DNA of 64,000 nt. Origin: Chrysomallon squamiferum (taxonomy: Eukaryota; Animalia; Mollusca). The position numbers and the translations under genes are program-made. The stretch is taken from positions 3,100,001 through 3,164,000 of the forward strand of contig CM022671.1 of the NCBI GenBank assembly GCA_012295275.1, written 5' to 3'. The notes under the pieces were generated by a model, which was not told where the DNA came from, ran no database searches, and was given only the letters and a program-made list of their open reading frames with translations. This document shows, one piece after another, positions 53,524 to 64,000 of the stretch (position 1 is its first letter; every line of letters begins with the position of its first letter).

Positions 53524-56500
53524 ATTGGATTAATTCAGAATAAAAATTAAATAGAGGGTTTACGTTTTTGAAACTTTTTACTGAAAAATCTAAATGTATT
53601 TTAAAATATTCCCAGAAGAAAGAATAAGTATTATTTTCAGAGTTCTTCTAATTTTTACGACACACACACATATATATATATATGTATATATTCACGTATA
53701 TTTAAATTTATATGATACGAGTGTTTCAAAACAGTAAGATAAAATGACAAAATTGTTTTAAGACGAAACGGCATGTTATTTATTTATTTATTTATTTTTA
53801 CTTTTATTTTTATATTAAATTTTTTTTTTTTAATTTCTTTCTTTCTTTCTTTCCCTCTTTCTTTATGTATTTATTCATTTATTTATTTATTTATTTTTAT
53901 TTTATTTTTATTTTTACTTTTATTTTTATTTAAATTTTTTAAATTTTTTAAATTTATTTATTTATTTATTTATTTTAAATCTTCAAGGCCTAGAGAAAAA
54001 TTTTCACAGAACTATATATATATATATATTTTATCGTCAATGAAATTTTTAAAAAATTTAAATATATTCTTACTAAATTTAAGAGCTGTTTTCACGGAAC
54101 TATAACCATTCTAAATATTTTAAGAGCATTAAAAAAGGTATGCACACAAAAATAGTATGAAATTACTACATTTGAATGTAAAGTACTAAACACGCCAAAA
54201 TGTGGTTTTTTCTTCTTCTCTTTTATAATAGTTTTGTCAGCACATTAAAAATTAATATGGTGAAGATTTGAAATTACTATAAATATTTAAATGGAAAGTT
54301 CTAAATGAACCAATATACATATTATCGTTATGATTTAATTGTCAGTTTAGTATACAGATTTAAATATTGTTGTGGTATTAAAAAAACTCTTTGAAAAAAA
54401 AAAAGTATGTTTTATGTGGCTCTGGTATTTGACAAAGTGTCTTGAAAAAAAAAAAATGTGTTCTTACTGACAACGTTAGTCCGTCTGCAAACAGAACGAA
54501 AAGTGGACTATACTGGGTTTCTTGTTGTGTTACGCTTAACACATTTACACTGTTGACTGTGATAACATACGACCTGGAAGATTATTTGGTTGAAGTTTTA
54601 AAGGGTTGTAACAGAAAATTAACACTTTTCATCTTTTTGTGTTTTTTTTAATTTTTTAATTTTTTTTTTTTTTTTTTTTTTGACGAACGAAAATATTTGT
54701 TTATTGCAACGTATTTTAATATTTTGTATATATGTGCATCAATAAATATTGATCAAATAACCTTCAGTGTATCATACATATTTATGGCACTACGTTTTGG
54801 TGGGGGTTTTTTTGACTTTTTTTTTTTTTTTTTTAAAGCAGTTGCATAATTAAAATTATTCATTTAAACTGATTTCAAAAATTATTTGTTACGTATATAA
54901 TTATCCCAGAATATTACATGTTCAGTAAGTCTTCGTTGTTTTAAATTAAATTATTAGTCTATATATATATATATATATATCAAATAAATAAATATTATAT
55001 GCAAATTATATTATAGTTAATCATAATTTTGGAAAATAAAAACAGAAATCAATAACACATACATTCTGTTAATAGAAAACTTTTAATTAATCATTAAAAT
55101 ATCAAATTCTTTATTTAATAATGTTACTGTTTATATACAATTTTCTATTAGTGTTAAAATCAATAAACTACAAATATAAAATACAGATAAATTGCTTTAT
55201 GTATTAAACAATTAAGTACTGCATATTCATTACTTCAATTTTCAGATTTTTGTTTAAAATGCTGGAAATATATATATATTTTTTAATAGTGCTATACAAA
55301 TAATTTTATATATTATAGTTCAGTTATTATTTTGACATCTTTCTTTCTATAATACAAGTCATTCTCTGTTTTAAGAAGATTATAAAAATATAGTGATATA
55401 TAACATTTAAAAATTAAATTTACATATTACGATTATGACACAACATGCTATTTTTGCATATCAAATATATAACAACTTATGGCATATTAATCTTGAAACA
55501 ATTATACGTTGAATATAAAACAGGTAGAAGGAATTGCATTTTAAGTGTTTATGACAATGAATGACGTGTTCAGTTTATACTGTAACATATTAAATTCATA
55601 TCACATGTTAAAGTTGTATTACAATAAAATTACGTTTATGTAACACAACGTGGTTTTCATTTAAAACGCGTATCACTATCGTTTTGTATTATTTTGACTT
55701 TTAAACAAACTCACAAAGACTAATATCAGTTTTCTTCACTTGTAAAACGTATCGGCTGTCATACGAAGTGACTGAGGTCGAGTGAGACACATCGTCATTC
55801 AGACTTCACTACTGCATCATACTACGGCAGCCACGTCGCGTGCAAGATGCCAGCGTTTGAGACTTTAGAAACCTGACTACGCAACAGCAGTAAAACTAGT
55901 CTGGAGGGTGAAGCCATCTTCTTGTACCGGTACCAAATTAACCACAGAACTAACTGGACATACACCCGCTTTACCTGGATTCATACACTAAACTCAGTGA
56001 CGTGCTTGTTTCATTACTTTACATTTCCCCAAATCCTAACGACTATCAATCGACAATCGTGGCAACAGAGTCAAATCTTGTTACAGATCGGTTTTGAACG
56101 TTACGGTTCAAAGCAGACATAATGCAAACATGATCAAACTTTTTCAAGTGCTTCTTACGTATCGCATTCATGTATTTAAATTTCTAAACCTATCTTCCTG
56201 TATTTGTATTGAATGAACCTTTCTTATTAGGTACAGAAATCAGTTTTACAAGTTTGAACTCATCTTATTTGTGCTAGTAATAATACTTAATAAAGATAAT
56301 TGAGGAAGAAATAAAAATGATCTTGTTGACTTCTTTCTCCATCTAATTGTCTAAGTACGTTTTCTAAAGTCTACAACCCATTCTCCTGAATTTGGGAACC
56401 CAATAAAGTCTCGGTTAAGAATACCGAACCACATGAAAACATGTTACTTTCCAGCCTAGCAATACTTGGAAGATCTAGATTCAGTTTTTACAGTCTCACT

Positions 56501-57568
56501 CGATACATTATTATAACACTAGCCACTTGGGAAAAGCGAAAAAACTTGGCTGTTGTTTCCGTTTGAATGGGTCCGCCGATCGCCGGCTTTCACAGGACAC
56601 TGTTAATGTCCTTTTGCGATTTAGCGTTGTGAGAACAACCGAAAATAAAAAAGAATTAGAAGAATGTGTCGGGCGGGAAGGCGCCATGGAGGTTTTTTTT
56701 TTTTTTTTTTTTTTTTTTGAAAAAGAAGAAGCAGAAGAAAAAAATAAAGAAAAAATGAAAGCAAGGATTCTTTATGAAACGATTACATGTTCAAACTCTA
56801 TAGTGCAGACACGTTTGTGGAGGCAAACTGATAAAGGTCGTAAGAGTGTCTTTTTGTCGTCTGATAAATCTGATGTGATGACGTATGTGCAGGTGTGTAG
56901 ATGTTGAAATGCGGAATTTACAAACAGGACAACGATGTTGCTTAGCACCTTCCGCTCCTAAGTATATTTCAAACCAACACTGCATTTACATATATCTTCA
57001 AACAAATGTTTTCACTGCAGCCTATTTCCAACAGAAGACTAGTTACTGATGATATGTAGAAAATAAATGTTGTTTATTTGATATAATATAACTTACTTCT
57101 TTTCTTACATATCTCCATCTTAAATTAAATCCTTAACTAGAAAAGGAAAACATTATGTAAGTGATAAATAAAAAAAGTCAAAACCCATACATATACACAT
57201 TTAAATGTATTTTCGTTCCTAACCTAATTCCGTAAGTTTGAAAGTAAAAAAAAAGTTTATTCTGGTATATTTTTTGTTGGTATTACTTTATAAATTTTCT
57301 CTACACCTTTGTCTTGATCTGAAATGGTCGATATTGTTATTTTGTTACCATTCTGACATGTGTTAAACACTTACTCATTCATTCATTCATATACACACAA
57401 TAATAAATACGTAGTGATAACAATACCTAAGTTTAACATAATAATAAACAAATTCTTACATCAGTAAATAAATTAGATAATGAAATTTATTTGGTTAGTA
57501 AATAAATATAATATTGTCATCAAATAGAACTTGTTTTAAATAAATGTACCAAATTTAATGTAATGTAA

Positions 57569-57621
<53 letters not shown>

Positions 57622-57994
57622 TACAGTTTTAAAAAAAAGCATAAAAATAGTTTTGTTAATGGTAATTTACAATAAATATATTACAGTGAATTAACAAACT
57701 ACGTTTTGGCTTTAAAGACTGTCATACAAGAAGACAAATAAATAAGATGGTTTATAAAATCACCAATTAATAATAATAATAAGAACAACAACAACAATAA
57801 AAAAATAATAACAACAACTACAACAACAATAAAAGTATTGTTAATAATCTATGTATAACGACATATTATCTTTAAAATATTAAAACATGTATACAATATG
57901 TTATTCTTTTCGCATTATCGATTTAAAATGTCAGTTCTAGTCTATTTTTGATTTGGAATCGAATGACCGACTGAAATAGTGGCACGCACTCTTG

Positions 57995-58036
<42 letters not shown>

Positions 58037-59209
58037 TATATTCATATACATATACACACATGCACACATATACACATATACACACAGAAACAAATATATA
58101 CACATACATATAAACACACATACACCTACACAAACACTTATATGTATATGCTTATTTTGAATTTGAATTTTATTTATTTATTTACATTTTTATTTTATTT
58201 TTTTATTTATTTTTTTATTTATTTTTTTGTTTATTGTGTTGTTGTTGTTGTTTTTTGGGGGTTTTTTTTATTATATATTTATTGATGTTTTATTCGTATG
58301 CCTAAAATTAGATTCATATCCATAATTTTTATTTTTATTTTTATCATTTATCACAGTTAACATAAAAATAAATATTTTTATCATTGCATAGACTTTTGTC
58401 CATACAAATGTTCCAGTTGTGGTAGTAGTAGCAACAATGGTAACAGTAATATGAAATTAATTAACTAATAAACAAACACATTAAATAATTAATAAAATTA
58501 ATAAATAGTGAAATGTTATTAAAATTAAAATTAAAATTAAAAAAATAAATACCTGGTGTATGATAATCTAAATATTTTCTTCCTTTCTGTTTCTATTTAT
58601 AATTATTCATTGTTACCTTTACAAGGTGTTTACATCAGAATTTGGCTTTGTTAAACAGTTCTGCGCTATGCTGATTTTCTTTCTTTTTCTTCTTTTTTTT
58701 TCGATTTTTTATTATTATTTTTTTTCAAAATGCAATTTTATTTTATGGGCTTCCACTTCCAAAACTTATAAATATGTACCTACTAAAACTACGCCATTCT
58801 GTCAGTCTGTCAGCAAGAGATAATTTATAGTCATTCCTTCTCAAAAAAGAAATCGAAAAAAAAAAAAAAAAAAATGAAAGAAAAAAGTGGAGAAAAAAAA
58901 AGAAAGTTCTTTTAAAAAGAGGTAAAAAAGCAAAGGCTGTTTGTCTGTCGTTCTAAAGACGTAACATTAAGGCTGCCTAGGTCACGTAGAATTCAGGTAG
59001 TGCGTAATTCCTCCCTTTTCTTCAAAGCATCACAGTTTACAACGTGTGAGAGAGGGAAGTTCAAAGAGAAAGTACGAGTGTTTGAAACAAACACGCAAAA
59101 CTCGGGACTGAATCTTACCTCTCTAAGTTCTCACTTTGTTTACAGCTTTCTGAAGTTTAGCCTTTACCAGAGTAATATGTCTTCCTTTAATTAGTTTTTA
59201 TTTTTTTTT

Positions 59210-59272
<63 letters not shown>

Positions 59273-59945
59273 CTTTAGGATTGTTCGTCTTTTTCTAGTT
59301 TATTAGAAATTTTTATTTAATTTATTTCTCTTTTCTTCTTTTCCTCATAATTGTAATCATCATCATCATCATCATAACCATCATTATTACCGTGTATGTG
59401 TGTATGTGTATATGTGTATATAAATACAGACAAACACACCACTCAGCACTTACAACATTATTATTTGTTTTATGTACATCTCCAGCCAGACAGAGAGAAA
59501 ACAAATAAAATATCTTGTCTGTTTTTCTCTTCACTTCCTTAACACTCTGCGCTTGAGACTGCAGTGCAGTCTGGGAATTTATCATCACGTGCTTTTCGCG
59601 TTTCGGTAATTGTTGTTATGACAGACGAATGCTTAAGCAATCAAATGTGCTCTCCTCAGATGAAAAATAGTTTATCTAACATCCTTCAGTGAAATATCTT
59701 TATCAAAACATGTAAAACAAACTTTATCTGTCTCTACTGAAATATCGTTTTCAAATGTATAAAACACACTTTCACTCTTTCTAATAATATATATACATAG
59801 TTGCAAAAAAAAAAAATTGTGCGTACATATAGGTTGGCAGTATCTAAACAGAGAGATAGACAGAGAAACAGGTAGATAAGTAGGTAGGTAGGTAGGTGGA
59901 CAGATATGGATAGATATAAAGAGATAGAAAGATAGATAGAGAGAC

Positions 59946-59954
<9 letters not shown>

Positions 59955-60034
<80 letters not shown>

Positions 60035-60060
60035 TGGATGGATGGATAGATAGATAGACA
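59955..60060. repeat. (GA)n followed by (GATG)/(GATA) repeats
   Basis: Read directly. Confidence 0.95.
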
Positions 60061-60978
60061 AATTTAAAATGCTGTTTCTAGTAAAAACTTGCAAAACATA
60101 TTTTAACTATATTTAGTCAAGTAAAGAACTCAATCGTCTAGTGACAAATATCTCTGAAATTTATAAAATTATAACTGAATTTGAAAAAAAATTTCAATCA
60201 CACACATACATACACACACAGATTTTTACTGTACATATAAAACAGAACTGTGTTTGCTAAGGTCTACCACTGAAATTAAAATAGATTTTAACTCAATAAA
60301 ATATATTTATCAAAAATAAATATTAAACGGTGACCCCAAAATTCTGATATATTGTATTGCATCCATTTGCATCCATATGGAAAGAGAAGAATTTCAAAAA
60401 ATATTTCTTATCTGACTGTAAATTATGTGTTAAGATTGCAAAGAATCCTTTCATCTGCTAATTATTTATATCAGGGCTTCTTCGGTGTAATATTTTATAT
60501 ACTCAGGTATAATATATTTGGAGCAGCTTAACTTCATAATGACTTACAAATTACCTTAATACCCTAAGAACATTCATATATTTCTTAACAACATGGAATA
60601 CAGTTTAACAGCATTCAGGAATACATTTTTTTAACTATATATATATAACCCTCAGAAAAAATCGTTTCAGTACTTAACTCGTTCGTAGCAAAATAACTGG
60701 GTTTTTTGGTATGTACAAGTCATTTTAAAATATTAATGATATTTATTATAAATTAGTATTAAAGATTATTAAATTTTCATTGTTTTCAGTAGGCCAATGC
60801 ACGCGAGAACATACATACATCCATATATTCGAAAACATACATTCATGCATATATACATACATACTTTTATATATATATATATATACATATAACATGTTAT
60901 TAAAATATATATAAGCGCTCTGGAAAATGAATCAAAATCGTCACTCGGTAGAGAGAAACTATAGTTTAACCTGGGCTA

Positions 60979-61026
<48 letters not shown>

Positions 61027-61129
61027 TACACACACTCTTATGCACATACACATAGACAGGTAGAGATATACATACACAAACACATGTACATATATATATT
61101 TATATTAAATAAATGAATGTATGTACGTA

Positions 61130-61170
<41 letters not shown>

Positions 61171-61822
61171 TAAATAAATGAATGTAATTATGTATGTATG
61201 TAAGAAACAGTGAAATACGTATGGAATAAAGAAATATATGCATGTTATTATGAATCATGGAAACAAAGAAATATTATTATAGCACATACATATACGTGTT
61301 GCAAAATGATGTAGGTTTAAATACCATTTCTGTCTCTCATAACTCCAGAAGCACTAGATATTTATTTATGGTTTGTTTTATGTATATATAAAATCCGTAG
61401 AGTACATAAATAAGATATTAACTGGTGAATAAATATATCATACAGATATTCTAATTTCGATCAATAGTCTGTTTTGATATGGAATTATGAAATGTTATTT
61501 TTATATTTAAATATCGATAATAAACAAAAATGTGAAACGCTCACAGTAAATATGCTGTGCAACAAACAAAATAAATTAATAAACAAAATGATACAATCAA
61601 AAAAGTAAATAAAATGATAAACCAAATGAGACAAACATGACAAACATAAATAAATACAAAAGAAAACACATTCACTAAAAAAAAATAATTATAATAAAAG
61701 AAAAAGAAAAAATTAAAACAAATCTAAAATTGAAAATAAATTTTAAAAATGAAATAAAATAAAATAAAATTACACCGGTTTCTAATTGTGACAGATTGCA
61801 AAGCTGGTTAAGAACGACTTAC

Positions 61823-62055
61823 CCCGTTTTAAAACTGGTCCAAAAACAGTGTGGTTAGAATCCGTGGTACAATTCCAACGTTCATATTTAAACTGAGCCT
61901 GACATTCGATTATCCCAGTGCGGGCCCCCTCACTGACACAGATGAGGGACTCGGGGTTATTTCGACACACCTCTAGTTGCTGGATGACCAGTCCCGGGAC
62001 CTCGTTACATGTGTCATCGTGTAGAGACCCTGCCAACGAGGCCACTCCCAGGTAC
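61823..62055 (-). CDS. WNT16: Wnt16 coding exon 2; the signal-peptide exon 1 was not found in the window
   Basis: YLGVASLAG...CNEVPGLVIQQLEVC...EGARTGIIECQAQFKYERWNC...VFGPVLKR(G); acceptor cctctccccAG (phase 2), donor G|GTAAGT (phase 1) matches exon 3. Confidence 0.92.
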
Positions 62056-62852
62056 CTGGGGAGAGGAACAAAATTATTTTCAACAACAGTGATAATAATA
62101 ATAATAATTTTTCATAATAATAATAAGATTATCAGTCGTAGTAGTATTTGTAATAGTTATTCTAGTAATAGTAGTGGTGGTGGTGGTGGTGGTGGTGGTA
62201 GAAGTAGTAGTAATAGTAGTTGTTGTAGTAGCAGTAGTAGTAGTAGTGGTAGTAGTAGTGTAATAGTAGTAGTGGTAGTAGCAGTACTTGTAAGATAATG
62301 ATGATTATGAACAAGATAAAAATGATAACAGTGATTATGTAAATAGTTGTAGTACTAGCCGATAATGCGGCATAGATAACATAAATAGTAGTAGGAATAG
62401 ATGATAGAGCAGTATTTGTGATAAATATATTCGTATGTATCGATGCTTGCGATCATTATTATGCATGACTACATGTGCATATAATTATATAGATACACAT
62501 ACATTGACTATGAATGTATACAGGTATATTTGTATTGTTGCACGCACACACACACATGTGTGTGTGTATGTAAAGAGAGAGAGAATATGTGTGTATGTTA
62601 TATTTTAAATATTTCTTTTTTGTTGAAATATATATCAGTAATAAAATGAAAACAATGATGAAATAAACTATATTCATTTAGAGATTAAAAAAAAAATATA
62701 TATATATATATGTATATATAATCATCTATTTAAAATATTGTTCAAAAACTGAATATAGAATAAAATAAATTAAGAAACAAACAAACACACAAACAAATAA
62801 ATTTACAAGAATGGAGTGGAAAGTTACAAAGAAATGAAAATTTTAACTTAAT

Positions 62853-62910
62853 ATTTATCACTGTGCGTATTTATCACTGTGCGTATTTATCACTGTGCGT
62901 GCTTATCACG
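62853..62910. repeat. 16-bp tandem repeat (tatttatcactgtgcg), about 3.5 copies
   Basis: Read directly. Confidence 0.9.
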
Positions 62911-63186
62911 CACGTACATGCAGATGGACACGCTCTATCACGCAGGAAAACACACACACACTTTCATCATTTGTCAATATTTAATTTAATAATGTGATAG
63001 TTTTATAATAATTGTATTTAAATATTAACTAAGTGACGGCAAGTTATCGACAATTTTCAATACAGAATTTTCGAGAATCTTCTAAACCATTAGTAAAAGC
63101 TGGTTGAAAATATTCATGATTTTAGTTGTAATAAACTGTGACCAGCTTTAGATCTGAGAGTTGACAACAATAAGATATTTATTAGC

Positions 63187-63224
<38 letters not shown>

Positions 63225-63406
63225 CAAAAATAATAATAATAATAATTATTATTATTATTACAAATACTCAAATAAATTTAATTTAATTAGTTATAATTAT
63301 TAAGTAACATAATTATATATTAATTAATTAATCAAAATGATAATAATATTATAAATTAGATAAATAAATAAATAAATAACAACAAGAAGAATGAAATAAT
63401 AAAATA

Positions 63407-63457
<51 letters not shown>

Positions 63458-63499
63458 CCCCATCATCATCATCATCATCATTGTTGTTAAGAAAACAAA

Positions 63500-63613
63500 T
63501 TTATTATTATATTATATTATATTACATTACATTACATTGTATTGTATTATATTATATTATATTATATTATATTATATTATATTATATTATATTATATTAT
63601 ATTATATTATATT
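63500..63613. repeat. (ATTAT)n pentanucleotide repeat
   Basis: Read directly. Confidence 0.92.
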
Positions 63614-64000
63614 CAATAACCTGAACAGCGACTAATATTTCATAGACAGTTTTAAAAATAAACGCTTGAGAAAATATTTCATCTCGTCGTTTATTCTGGA
63701 AAAACTAAACAAAACTAAAACAAACTTTTCATGAAGTTGGGCCTAAGACGAGCTGGAAACCTTTGAAGTAAGAAATTCTGACAGAAGATTTAAGCTACAA
63801 TGTGTTCTTTAAGAGAAGTTTTGTACCGCAAATCCAGCTAATCTGATAGTACACTGGTAGAAAGAGAAAGAGAGATTTATACATAAACAACGCGAGGAAC
63901 ACGATTTTTTTGTTCTTTTTTCTTCTTCTCTGTATTTATGATTTTATGTCATGTTTTCATTTAAACTTGTTCTTGTACTGACAATAATAGCCTGAAAAAG

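Noticed and set aside
62056-64000. Wnt16 exon 1 (signal peptide)
   Set aside because: No ATG plus hydrophobic leader ending in a phase-2 donor could be identified; it probably lies beyond the window.

Overview
AT-rich, microsatellite-rich animal genomic DNA with GT-AG spliceosomal introns. It looks like an invertebrate, probably a mollusc or gastropod, but the taxon is inferred and not shown by the sequence. Five protein-coding genes can be rebuilt with phase-consistent splice sites: (1) the ~3 kb terminal exon of a PRRT3/PRRT4-like protein with a mucin stalk and 7 TM helices (+); (2) an RD3-family gene (-) head-to-head with (3) BRK1/HSPC300 (+, 3 exons, 78 aa), sharing a ~300 bp CCAAT/DRE/ETS promoter; (4) a CHST11-like sulfotransferase (-, 3 coding exons, 338 aa); and (5) exons 2-4 of Wnt16 (-), spread over ~29 kb, with exon 1 probably beyond the window. 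The left ~19.5 kb looks CpG-depleted and the Wnt16 domain CpG-retaining. The Wnt16 domain carries GC-rich enhancer- or promoter-like islands (TCF, YY1, NRF1, ETS motifs), seven same-strand (GA)n tracts, several degenerate minisatellites and decayed SINE-like copies. There is no rRNA, tRNA, CRISPR array or prokaryotic system. I found no clearly new system; the best leads are hypotheses about gene neighbourhood and regulation.
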